Positions 11,295 to 21,627 of a DNA stretch of 64,000 bases are shown piece after piece. Numbering within the stretch: the first letter of the stretch is position 1; each line of letters starts with the position of its first letter. Both the position numbers and the translations under genes were made by a program. Below the pieces are notes generated by a model that saw only the letters and a program-made list of their open reading frames with translations, made no database searches and was not told the origin of the DNA. The stretch comes from an uncultured Actinomycetota bacterium (GTDB lineage: Bacteria; Actinomycetota; Actinomycetes; Mycobacteriales; Mycobacteriaceae): contig CAVVSN010000024.1 of assembly GCA_963750885.1 (NCBI GenBank), positions 294,542 through 358,541 of the forward strand. Direction: 5' to 3'.

Positions 11295-12278
11295 GTGTCG
11301 TCAGTGAATACCGCTCAGGGACCTGTAACTACCACCGATATCGGCGTCACGCTGATGCACGAGCACGTGTTCATCTTGACGACCGAGATAGCGATGAACT
11401 ATCCGGAAGCATGGGGCGACGAAGACAAACGGGTGGCCGACGCGATCGAGCGGCTCAACGAGCTGAAGTCGCGCGGCGTCGACACCATCGTCGACCTGAC
11501 CGTGATCGGGTTGGGCCGCTACATCCCGCGCATCGCCCGGGTCGCCGCGGCGACCGACCTGAACATCGTCGTCGCGACCGGTCTCTACACCTATAACGAC
11601 ATCCCTTTCCGGTTCCACTACGAGGGTCCCGGCGGACTGCTCGGCGGCCCGGAGATCATGGCCGACATGTTCGTCCGCGACATCGAGGAGGGCATCGCCG
11701 ACACCGGCGTCAAGGCAGGAATCCTCAAGTGCGCCACCGACGAACCCGGCGTCACACCGGGTGTCGAGCGGGTGCTGCGCGCGGTGGCCCAGGCGCACAG
11801 GCGCACCGGGGTACCGATCTCCACGCATACCCACGCCGGGCTTCGCCGCGGGCTCGAACAGCAGGAAGATCTTCGAGGAGGAGGGCGTCGACCTGAGCCG
11901 GGTGATCATCGGGCACTCCGGCGACAGCACCGACATCGGCTATCTCGAGGAGCTGATCGCCCGCGGCTCCTACCTCGGGATGGACCGGTTCGGCATCGAC
12001 GTCATCCTCGCCGTTCGAGGACCGGGTGAACATCGTCGCGACAGATGTGCGAGCGGGGGCACGCCGACAAGATGGTGTTGTCCCACGATGCCAATTGCTA
12101 CTTCGACGCGATCCCCGAAGAGGTGGTGCCACAGATGGCGCCGAACTGGCACTACCTGCACATCCACAACGACGTCATTCCCGCGCTCAAAGAACGCGGG
12201 GTCACCGACGAGCAATTGCACACCATGCTCGTGGACAACCCGCGTCGCATCTTCGAGCGGCAGGGCGCCTACTCGTGA
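11295..12278 (+). CDS. php: Phosphotriesterase-like lactonase (Rv0230c ortholog), three apparent +1 indels
   Basis: TLMHEHVF, GILKCATD, THTH, IIGHSGD, LSHDANCY motifs; TAGAGT -10 at 11282. Confidence 0.9.
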
Positions 12279-13742
12279 CCGCGCCGATCCCGCCGATCGG
12301 CGCCCAGATCTCTGCGCTGGCCGCACTCGCTCCCGACGAGCCGGCCGTCACTTGCGACGGGCGCACGCTGACCCGCGGCGAGCTCGATCGCTCGACGAAC
12401 CGGCTGGCCCGCGCGTACGCCGAGCGGGGTGTCGGCGTCGGTGACTACGTGACCATGGTGCTGCCCAACGGGATCGAGTGGATCCAGGCCGCGGTGGCCT
12501 GCTGGAAGCTCGGTGCCGTGCCGCAACCGCTGTCCGCCCGATTGCCCGACACCGAGCTGGCCGGCCTGCTCGAATTGCGGCCACCGACGTTGTTGGTCGG
12601 TAGGGTTCATGCCGAAATACCCAGTGTGCCAGCTGATTTCGAACCGGACCCGGCATTGTCCGATGCCGCGTTACCCGAAGCAGTGTCGCCGGTGTGGAAA
12701 GCAATGGGGTCCGGTGGCAGCACCGGCCGTCCGAAGCTCATCGAATCCGGCGGCGACAGCCGCATTCCGGCGGCCATCGGCTATCCGCTCGGCGCCCAAG
12801 AGGGCGACATCACGCTGGTCCCGGTGCCGCTGTCGCACAACACCGGTTTCACCACCGCGACCATCGCGCTGCTGATGCGCCACCACCTGGTGCTGATGAG
12901 CCGGTTCGAGCCGGAGAAGTTCCTCCGACTGATCAGCGACCACCGGGTCACGTTCCTGACCACGGTGCCGACCATCATGCAGCGGGCGCTGCCGGTCTAT
13001 CACGACAACCCCGACGCCTACGACCTGTCGTCACTGCGCCGGTTCTGGCACTTGGGCGCCCCGTGCCCGCCCGCCATCAAGCAGGCATGGATCGACCTGC
13101 TCGGACCGGAGAAGGTCTGGGAACTCTACGGCGGCACCGAATTACAGGCGCTGACATTCATCTCCGGCGATCAGTGGCTGGCTCACCGCGGCTCGGTCGG
13201 CATCGTGGTGGCCGGCGAGATGAAGGTGCTCGACGACGACGGCAACCCGTGCCCGCCCGGCGAGGTGGGCGAGATCTACATGCGGCCCAGCCCGGGCAGC
13301 GCGCCCACCTACCGCTACGTCGGCGCGACGGCGAAATCCCGCGACGGCTGGGATTCGTTGGGCGACCTCGGCTACTTCGATGCCGACGGGTTTCTCTACA
13401 TCTCCGACCGCCGGGTGGACATGTTCACCGTCGGCGGCCGCAACGTGTATCCGGCCGAGATCGAAGCGGCGCTGTCCGAGCATCCGGATGTGTTGTCCTG
13501 CTTGGTCGTTGGGGTGCCGCATGAGGATCTTGGGCAGGTGCCTTATGCCCTGGTTCAGGCCGGTGCCGAACTGGATGAGCAGACGGTGCAGGAGTTTCTG
13601 CGCGACCGCATCGCCGGCTACAAGGTGCCGGCGACCGTGGAGTTCGTCGACGAGTCCGCTGCGCGACGACGCCGGCAAGGCCCGCCGCTCCGCGGTCCGC
13701 AACGAGATCATGGCGCGACTGCGTCTTCTTGACGCGGGCTGA
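12275..13742 (+). CDS. AMP-forming acyl-CoA ligase, indel near 13655
   Basis: SGGSTGRPK, YGGTE, GDLG, GGRNVYPAEIE, RDDAGK; GTGA overlap with the php stop. Confidence 0.87.
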
Positions 13743-14862
13743 CGGCCCCACCCTCCTGCGGGCGTGGACTCCTGCGTAATTCCCACCGCCGCAACGCTTC
13801 CCGGCACGGCGATTCGACCAGCGCGTAGCTCACCGCGGAAATCGCAATACTGAAGACCAGCGTGAACGCCAGCACCTCGGGCATGTGGCCATGGAACGCG
13901 AACTGACCGATCACCGGAAACACCATCGTCAGCGCGGCAAGATGCCAGATGAAGATTCCGTAGGACCAGCGTCCGAGCGTCACCATCGGGGCACTACCCA
14001 GAAGTCGGTGGGCGTCGTCGGGCCGGTCGAGCACCAACGGCGCCACCAGGCCCGCGGCCACCAGCGCACCCATCGCGGTCTTGACGGTGAACTGCGCAGC
14101 GCTGCTCGGGACCAACCCGGCCGGCCCGGCCAGCGGCGAGGCCGCAACCAGATAGGCCGCCAGCACCACCACGGCCATCGGCAGGCGGTGCCGCGCGAGT
14201 CGGTGTGGCCAGCCGATCGGGCTGTAGATCCATTCGGCGAGCAGCATGCCCGCGGCGAACCACGAGAAGAATGCCGGCGGCCAGGTCAACGGATTGAGCC
14301 CGGGCGCGGTGTGAAGCGGGAGCCAACCCCAAAACCAGCTTGCGACAGCCAGAGCCGCGATGGCCGGCACCCGGGCGCGGACCGGCAGACGGGCGGCCAG
14401 CACCGCCAGGATCGGCAGCGCCAGATAGAAGCTGACCTCGACCGACAGGCTCCACATCTGCGTCAGTCCGGCGGTCAGCGTCAGCGGCACGTAGACCTGG
14501 GTGAGCGACAGATTCGCCAGCCACACCGTGAGGTTCGGGTGATTGCCGTCCGGCAGCAGCGCCAGAATCACCACGACCGCAACCAGATACGCGGGCATGA
14601 TGCGGACAACCCGCGACCGTAGATAGTGACCGGTGGCCGGGCGCGGCGCCAGACCGCGAGCCGCGGCGGCGTGGCTGCGCCACAGCAAGAACCCCGACAA
14701 CGTGAAGAACACCGCGACCGCCAGATCGAAGCGGCCGAACAGCCGACCGTCGAATCCGCTGGAGTGCCCGGTGTCGAACGCCACGTGGGTGACGACGACG
14801 CCGATTGCGGCGCAGGCCCGCATCCCTTCGACGGCGGGCAGGAATTTGCGGGTGCCGCCCAC
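13708..14862 (-). CDS. tmaT: Membrane acyltransferase-3, trehalose monomycolate acetyltransferase (Rv0228 ortholog)
   Basis: FLPAVEGMRA, FFTLSGFLL, RIMPAY, QMWSLSVEVSFY, SYGIFIWH; synteny. Confidence 0.88.
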   Translation of the reverse strand: MGGTRKFLPAVEGMRACAAIGVVVTHVAFDTGHSSGFDGRLFGRFDLAVAVFFTLSGFLLWRSHAAAARGLAPRPATGHYLRSRVVRIMPAYLVAVVVILALLPDGNHPNLTVWLANLSLTQVYVPLTLTAGLTQMWSLSVEVSFYLALPILAVLAARLPVRARVPAIAALAVASWFWGWLPLHTAPGLNPLTWPPAFFSWFAAGMLLAEWIYSPIGWPHRLARHRLPMAVVVLAAYLVAASPLAGPAGLVPSSAAQFTVKTAMGALVAAGLVAPLVLDRPDDAHRLLGSAPMVTLGRWSYGIFIWHLAALTMVFPVIGQFAFHGHMPEVLAFTLVFSIAISAVSYALVESPCREALRRWELRRSPRPQEGGAVSPRQEDAVAP

Positions 14863-15086
14863 CTGCTCCGTTGGGATCCATAACGACAGTCTGCCGGGTG
14901 AACGGGCAAACCCGATTTGCCCACCCTGGGGACATAAACGGCGACCTTAAATAATGCTGTTAGGGTCGAACGAGTTTTGCTTCGCTGCAGCGCCGCAAGC
15001 AGGTAGAACCCCAGGTCGCCGGGGGTTCAGGGCGGAACAGGTTTACTGGCCTGAACCGGACGAGACCAGAAGGAGGTCACGGCAAC

Positions 15087-16332
15087 GTGAACCGAGCAGT
15101 CATGTTGCGGATGGCCGCGTGCGGGATCATGGGACTCGGAGCCGCGCTGTTGATCGCCGCGCTGCTGTTGTCGACCTACACCGGCAGCAGGATCACCAAG
15201 ATTCCGCTCGATCTGGATGCGACGTTGATCGGTGAAGGCAGCGGGACGACCGTCGACCCCGCGTCGCTGTACAGCCCGAAGCTCGTCGTCGACAAGAACG
15301 TGCCGGTGGTAGTCGCAGCAACAGATCGACGTCGAATCCCCCGCCAACGCCGACGTCGTCACGTTCCAGGTGGGTAGCTCGGTTCGGCGCAGCGACAAGC
15401 AGAAGGACTCCGGCCTGCTGCTCGCTCTGGTCGACACGGTCACCCTCAACCGCAAGTCGGCGACAGCGGTGTCCGACGACACCCATCCCGGCGGCGCGGT
15501 GCAGAAGCCGCGCGGATTCAAAGACGAAAGTCCGGCCACCAACATCGCGCTACCGCACGAGGGGCTGTCCTACCGCTTTCCGTTCCACACCGAGAAGCGC
15601 TCGTACCCGTACTTCGACCCGATCGCGCAGAAGGCGTTCGAGGCCAACTACAACGGTGAAGAAGACGTCAACGGCCTGTCGGTCTACAAGTTCACCCAGG
15701 ACGTCGGCTACGACGCGGACGGCAAGCTGGCCGAGCCGATCAGGTATCCGTCGCTGTACGCCGACGACGCGGACAGCAAGGTCACCAACACCGCTTTCAT
15801 GTGGGGCCTACCGGGCGATCCGGACGAGAAGATCACCATGACCCGCTACTACGCCGCGCAGCGGACGTTCTGGGTCGACCCGGAGTCCGGCACGATCGTC
15901 AAAGAACAAGAGCGCGCCAACCACTACTACGCGCGGGATGCGTTGAAGCCAGAGGTGACGCTGGTCGACTACAAGATCACCTCTAACGAGGAGACGGTCG
16001 AGTCCCAGGTCAACGCCGCGCGCAACGAGCGCGACCGGTTGGCACTGTGGTCCCGGGTGCTGCCGATCACCTTCACCGCGGCGGGCGTGATCGCTCTGAT
16101 CGGCGGGCTGCTGCTCGGCTCGTTCAGCCTGCGCACCGAGACTGCGTTGAACGAACCCGATCAGGATGCAGCCGATCGCGGATTCTTCGGTCGCGGCGAG
16201 CAGCCGGTCGAGCGGGTGCCCGGTGCCGAAGCAGAGACCGAGAAGATTCCCACCCAGCCCAAGGACGTCAAGCGAGACGGACCGTCGAGTTCGGGAGGTC
16301 CTTCGACTCCCGCGCCACCCGACCGCTCCTAG
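15087..16332 (+). CDS. DUF3068 membrane-anchored protein (Rv0227c ortholog, lipoglycan biogenesis), indel near 15310
   Basis: MNRAVMLR start, KIPLD, YRFPFHTEK, FWVDPESGTIV; C-terminal TM. Confidence 0.87.
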
Positions 16333-16344
16333 CTGGTTCAGCGC

Positions 16345-18102
16345 GTGCGGGCGCTCCCCCACCGGGTTCTGCGGTGGACCCGTCCCGGGTACGCACTGGC
16401 GTTGGCGCTCCTCGTGGTGGCGCCGCTGCTGAGGCCCGGCTACCTACTACTGCGCGACGCGGTCTCGACGCCGCGGTCGTACTTCACCGACGGCGCTCTC
16501 GGCCTGGTCTCGGCTCCGCGGGCGACACCACAGGATTTCGCGATTGCGCTGACCTCGCATGTCGTCGACGGCGGCATCGTGGTGAAAGCATTGCTCGTCG
16601 CCGGCTTGTGGCTGGCCGGCTGGGGCGCGGCGCGACTGGTCGCGCAGCTGCTGCCGGAGTCCGGTGCCGGCGGCCAATTCGTGGCGATCACGCTGGCGAT
16701 CTGGAATCCCTATGTCGGCGAGCGGCTCCTGCAAGGGCATTGGAGCCTGTTGCTCGGCTACGGCTGCCTGCCGTGGGTTGCGACTACGGTGGTCACGCTG
16801 CGTTCGACCGAAAGTAGCATCTGGCCAAGCTTTTTCGGCCTGGCGTTCTGGATCGCGCTGGCCGGTCTGACCCCGACCGGGTTGATCCTGGCCGCCACCG
16901 TCGGGTTGGCATGCGTTGCGGTGACGGGCACTGGCGTATCGCGCCGGCGTTGCGCTGCAATCGTATTGGGTGACGCCGCGCTGGCGGCGCTGCCATGGTT
17001 GACCGCCGCGATACTGGGTCTGTCGTCGACGGATCGGATGTGGGCCCACACCCCGGGCATCGCCGCATTCGCGGCGCGCGCCGAACCTGCGCTGGGCACG
17101 TTGGGCAGCCTGGCCAGCTTGGGCGGCATCTGGAACGGTGACGCCGTACCAGCTTCGCGCACAACGTATTTCACTTTGGTGTCCGCTGTCGTGCTGCTCG
17201 CGCTGGTCGCCGCCGGGTTCTTCACGCTTCGGCATTCGCGCGCCGCACGACCGTTGCTGGTGCTGGCAGTGGCGTCGATCCTGACACCCGCCGCGCTGGC
17301 CACCGGCCCGGGTCTGGCCGTCCTGCACGCGGTCGTCGAGGCCGTGCCCAGCCTGGGCGTGCTGCGCGACGCACAGAAGTGGGTCGCGCTGGCGATGCCC
17401 GGCTACGCGCTGGCCGGCGCGGGTGCGGTGTTGACGTTACGACGATGGCTCGGCTCCTCAGGACCGACCTTCGCGCCGCTGGTCTGCTGCGCCGCACTGC
17501 TACTGGCGCTGCCCGACTTGGCCTGGGGCGTAGGGGGAAAGGTCCAGTCGGTGCACTACCCCGGCGACTGGGCGGCGGTCGCGGGCATGATCAACCGAGC
17601 ACCCGCAGAGGTCGCGGTGTTACCGGCCGACACCATGCGGCGGTTCACCTGGTCGGGTCCCGCACCGGTGCTGGATCCGCTGCCGCGATGGCTGCGTGCC
17701 GACGTGCTGACGACCGGTGACCTGACGGTCTCTGGGACGACGGTTCTCGGCGAGGGCGACCGGGCCCGTGAAGTGCAGCGGCTGCTGTTGGCGGGCGCCG
17801 ACCCAGATCAGCTCCGAGCGGCCGGCGTGGGATGGCTGGTCGTCGAGGAGGGCACCGCCGGCGATATGAGCACGGCCACAGAGACATTGGAGCGACTTCC
17901 GGTTGCGTACCGCGGGCGGGACCTGATGCTGTACCGGGTCGGCGGCGACACGGCCGGCGCATCGGCGGGCCGTCGGGCAGCGGTCATCATCGCGCATCTG
18001 GTGTGGTTGGCCATGCTGATCGGCGGGGCGGTCGGCTCGGCCGTCGCGGGCCGGCGGCTGTCGTCAGACCACGCCGCTGACGCGGTCACCGGCGACGACT
18101 GA
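16345..18102 (+). CDS. Polytopic membrane protein (Rv0226c ortholog)
   Basis: LLRDAVSTPRSY, PRATPQD, WNPYVGERLLQGHWSLL; synteny. Confidence 0.87.
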   Translation: MRALPHRVLRWTRPGYALALALLVVAPLLRPGYLLLRDAVSTPRSYFTDGALGLVSAPRATPQDFAIALTSHVVDGGIVVKALLVAGLWLAGWGAARLVAQLLPESGAGGQFVAITLAIWNPYVGERLLQGHWSLLLGYGCLPWVATTVVTLRSTESSIWPSFFGLAFWIALAGLTPTGLILAATVGLACVAVTGTGVSRRRCAAIVLGDAALAALPWLTAAILGLSSTDRMWAHTPGIAAFAARAEPALGTLGSLASLGGIWNGDAVPASRTTYFTLVSAVVLLALVAAGFFTLRHSRAARPLLVLAVASILTPAALATGPGLAVLHAVVEAVPSLGVLRDAQKWVALAMPGYALAGAGAVLTLRRWLGSSGPTFAPLVCCAALLLALPDLAWGVGGKVQSVHYPGDWAAVAGMINRAPAEVAVLPADTMRRFTWSGPAPVLDPLPRWLRADVLTTGDLTVSGTTVLGEGDRAREVQRLLLAGADPDQLRAAGVGWLVVEEGTAGDMSTATETLERLPVAYRGRDLMLYRVGGDTAGASAGRRAAVIIAHLVWLAMLIGGAVGSAVAGRRLSSDHAADAVTGDD

Positions 18103-19220
18103 CTCCAGCACCGAGCGCATCGCGTCGGCGCTCTGCTTCCACGAGAACTCGGCGCTGCGCGCTTGCGCCTTGACGCCGAGCTGATCGCGCAACACGGGAT
18201 CGGCGAGCAACTGCTCGAGCCGGCTCACCAATTCGGCACGGTCGTCGACCAGCACACCGGTGACCCCGTCGATGATCGAATCGGCCAGCCCACCAGAGGA
18301 CCGGTAACCGACGGTCGGCACCGCATGCTGCGCCGCCTCGATGACCGCCAGCCCCCAGCCTTCTTTCCGGGACGGCAGCACGTGTACCCAAGCCTGTTGC
18401 ATGACATGGTGTTTGGCGGTGTCGTCGACGTGCCCGTGGAATGTCACCGCGTCGCTGATGCCCAGCCGCTGCGCATGATCGGTCAACCGTTGGCTCCACC
18501 AACCGCCGCCGACGACGTCGAGGTGCAGATCGGGTATCGATGCCCGCAGCTGCGCCACCGCATCCAGGGCGTCTTCGATCTGCTTGTGCGGTACCAGCCG
18601 CGACAACACCAGGACGCGGGGCGTACCCGACCGCGAGCCGCTCAACGATGCCACGGGTGCCTCGTCGAGCCCGTTGCGCACCACGGCAATTCGCTCGTTG
18701 TCGACACCCAGGCCGACCAGGTCGCGGGCCGACGGAAGTGACACCGTCACATACTGGTTGCGGCGATGCACCCTCGGCGACAGCCACGATTCGACGAACC
18801 AGCCGACGCGGCTGAGGAACCAGCCCGCCACCGGCCACTGTTCACGATGGCAGTGGTGTACCAGCACCGCGACGCGGGAGCCGTAGATCAGCCGGGCCAG
18901 AAACGGCAGGCCGTTCTGGGTGTCGACGACGACGTCGGGTCGCACGCCGCGCAGCGGCCCGATGCCGAGCCTGGCCGCCGCCATCGCCAGCAGCGCCCAG
19001 ATGTAGACCGAGTACGGCCCGCCGGAGCGCGCAGATATGGACACCGTCGACGACTTCGCGGCGCGCTGCACCGGGATAGCGCGCGGTGCGCAGCGTGACG
19101 TCGACACCGGATGCGGCCAACTGGGCGCCGATGCGCTGCAGGTAGGTTTCGCTGCCGCCGCCCTGCGGGTGGCCGGTATCGCGCCAGCACAGCAGCAGCA
19201 CTGAGCGCACACCAGGACAT
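18064..19220 (-). CDS. GT4 glycosyltransferase (Rv0225 ortholog), indels near 19215 and 19030
   Basis: LLLCWRDTGHPQGGGSE, SRLVPHKQIE, PSRKEGWGL. Confidence 0.88.
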
Positions 19221-19260
19221 TCCGGTCAGCCTAGCGATGCTGGGGCTTTAGGGTTGGCCG

Positions 19261-20031
19261 GTGGCCGTGACCGAGGTGTTCGCGCGGCGGGCGACCTTGC
19301 GCCGCTCGGTACGGCTGCTGTCGAGCTTTCGCTACGAGCAGGCTGAGCCACCGCGTTTCTACGGTCCGCTGGCCGTCGACACCGTGCACCTGGTCAGCGA
19401 CCTGTGGCAGGGCATCCACGGCGAACGACCGGTCGGTCGCCGGGTTCTCGACGTCGGCGGCGGGCCCGGTTATTTCGCGAGGGCGTTCAGCGATGCAGGG
19501 CTTGGCTACATCGGTGTCGAGCCGGACCCCAGCGAAATACACGCTGCGGAGCCGGTTTTGGCGCGTGAAGCGGGGACGTACGTCCGGGCGTCGGGCATGG
19601 CGCTGCCGTTCGCCGACAACAGCGTGGACATCTGCCTGTCGTCGAACGTCGCCGAGCACGTGCCGCGGCCCTGGGAACTCGGCGGCGAAATGCTGCGGGT
19701 GACGCGGCCCGGCGGCCTGGTGGTGTTGTCCTACACGGTCTGGCTCGGCCCGTTCGGCGGCCACGAGATGGGCCTGACCCACTACCTCGGCGGGGCCCGG
19801 GCGGCGGCCCGCTACGCCCGTAAACACGGTCATCCGGCGAAAAACAACTACGGGTCGTCGTTGTTCGCGGTGTCGGCGGCGGAGGGGCTGGACTGGGCGG
19901 CGAGTACGGGTGCGCTGATCGCCGCCTTCCCGCGCTACCACCCGAAATGGGCGTGGTGGCTGACGAAGATGCCGGTGGTGCGTGAGTTCCTGGTGAGCAA
20001 TCTCGTGCTGGTGCTCCAACCGCAGTACTGA
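19261..20031 (+). CDS. mtrP: SAM-dependent methyltransferase (Rv0224c ortholog)
   Basis: LDVGGGPG SAM motif, LPFAD, SSNVAEHV; synteny; TAGGGT -10 at 19249. Confidence 0.88.
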   Translation: MAVTEVFARRATLRRSVRLLSSFRYEQAEPPRFYGPLAVDTVHLVSDLWQGIHGERPVGRRVLDVGGGPGYFARAFSDAGLGYIGVEPDPSEIHAAEPVLAREAGTYVRASGMALPFADNSVDICLSSNVAEHVPRPWELGGEMLRVTRPGGLVVLSYTVWLGPFGGHEMGLTHYLGGARAAARYARKHGHPAKNNYGSSLFAVSAAEGLDWAASTGALIAAFPRYHPKWAWWLTKMPVVREFLVSNLVLVLQPQY

Positions 20032-20042
20032 AACGTGTTCTC
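20029..20042. promoter_or_regulatory. KstR operator-like site
   Basis: TGAAACGTGTTCTC matches TnnAACnnGTTnnA except at the last base; lies upstream of TAGGGT -10 (20061) and the ALDH start. Confidence 0.65.
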
Positions 20043-20073
20043 GTTTCGCCGCGGCTTGGGTAGGGTGGCGGCC

Positions 20074-21558
20074 ATGAGCCAAGTCACAACGGAGCAAGCT
20101 ACAACGGAGTACGACAAGCTTTTCATCGGCGGCAAGTGGACCGAGCCGTCGACGTCCGAGGTCATCGAAGTGCACTGCCCGGCCACCGGCGAGTACGTCG
20201 GCAAGGTGCCGATGGCTGCAGCAGCCGACGTTGACGCCGCGGTCGCCGCGGCGCGCGCGGCATTCGACAACGGACCATGGCCCTCGACGCCGCCGAAAGA
20301 GCGCGCGGCCGTCATCGCCGGCGCACTGAAGCTGATGGAAGAGCGCAAAGACCTCTTCGTCAAACTGCTCGGCGACGAGACCGGCCAGCCGCCGATGTCC
20401 GTCGAGACGATGCAGTGGATGAGTGGCGTCGGATGCCTGAACTTCTTCGCCGGCCCCGCCGTCGATCAGGTCAAGTGGCAGGAAGTCCGCAACGGCGGCT
20501 ACGGGCAGACCATCGTCCATCGCGAGCCGCTCGGTGTGGTCGGCGCGATCGTGGCGTGGAACGTGCCACTGTTCCTGGCGATCAACAAGCTGGGCCCGGC
20601 GTTGCTGGCCGGCTGCACGGTGGTGCTCAAGCCGGCCGCCGAAACACCGCTGAGCGCAAATGCTTTGGCGGAGGTGTTCGCCGAGGCCGGCCTGCCCGAG
20701 GGCGTGCTGTCGATCGTCCCCGGCGGGATCGAAACCGGGCAGGCGCTGACGTCGAACCCGGACATCGACATCTTCTCCTTCACGGGAAGCTCGGCTGTCG
20801 GCAAGGAGATCGGCAAGCGCGCCGCCGAGATGCTCAAGCCGTGCACCCTGGAGCTCGGCGGCAAGTCGGCAGCCATCCTGCTCGAGGACGTCGACCTGGC
20901 CGCCTCGGTGCCGATGCTGGTGTTCTCCGGAATCATGAACACCGGGCAGGCCTGCGTGGCCCAGACCCGCATCCTGGCTCCCCGCTCGCGCTACGACGAA
21001 ATCGTCGAGGCGATAGGCAATTTCGCGCAGTCACTGCCCGTCGGGCCGCCGTCTGACCCGGGCGCGCAAATCGGCTCGCTGATCTCGGCGAAGCAGCGCG
21101 ACCGCGTCGAGGGATACATCGCCAAGGGCATCGAAGAGGGTGCGCGACTCGTGACCGGAGGCGGGCGGCCCGAAGGGCTGGACAACGGTTTCTACGTGCA
21201 GCCCACGGTGTTCGCGGACGTCGACAACAAGATGACGATCGCGCAGGAAGAGATCTTCGGCCCGGTGCTGAGCATCATTCCCTATGACACCGAAGAGGAC
21301 GCGATCAAGATCGCCAACGACTCGGCGTACGGGTTGGCCGGCAGCGTGTGGACCACCGACGTGCCGCGCGGCATCAAGGTCTCCGAGCGGATCCGCACCG
21401 GCACCTACGCGATCAACTGGTACGCGTTCGACCCGTGCTGTCCGTTCGGCGGTTACAAGAACTCCGGGATCGGGCGCGAGAACGGCCCGGAGGGCGTCGA
21501 GCACTTCACTCAGCAGAAGAGCGTGCTGATGCCGATGGGCTACACCATCGACGCGTAA
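20074..21558 (+). CDS. Aldehyde dehydrogenase (Rv0223c ortholog)
   Basis: AWNVP, FTGSSAVG, LELGGKS, GQAC, EEIFGP. Confidence 0.92.
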   Translation: MSQVTTEQATTEYDKLFIGGKWTEPSTSEVIEVHCPATGEYVGKVPMAAAADVDAAVAAARAAFDNGPWPSTPPKERAAVIAGALKLMEERKDLFVKLLGDETGQPPMSVETMQWMSGVGCLNFFAGPAVDQVKWQEVRNGGYGQTIVHREPLGVVGAIVAWNVPLFLAINKLGPALLAGCTVVLKPAAETPLSANALAEVFAEAGLPEGVLSIVPGGIETGQALTSNPDIDIFSFTGSSAVGKEIGKRAAEMLKPCTLELGGKSAAILLEDVDLAASVPMLVFSGIMNTGQACVAQTRILAPRSRYDEIVEAIGNFAQSLPVGPPSDPGAQIGSLISAKQRDRVEGYIAKGIEEGARLVTGGGRPEGLDNGFYVQPTVFADVDNKMTIAQEEIFGPVLSIIPYDTEEDAIKIANDSAYGLAGSVWTTDVPRGIKVSERIRTGTYAINWYAFDPCCPFGGYKNSGIGRENGPEGVEHFTQQKSVLMPMGYTIDA

Positions 21559-21569
21559 GTTCGCTGCGC

Positions 21570-21625
21570 CGAACGTGACGCTGCAGGCACGCTGGAGCTC
21601 GAATGTGCCTGTGGCGTCACGCTCG
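21570..21625. repeat. REP-like inverted repeat between convergent genes
   Basis: CGAACGTGACGCTGCAGGCAC pairs with GTGCCTGTGGCGTCACGCTCG. Confidence 0.7.
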
Positions 21626-21627
21626 AG

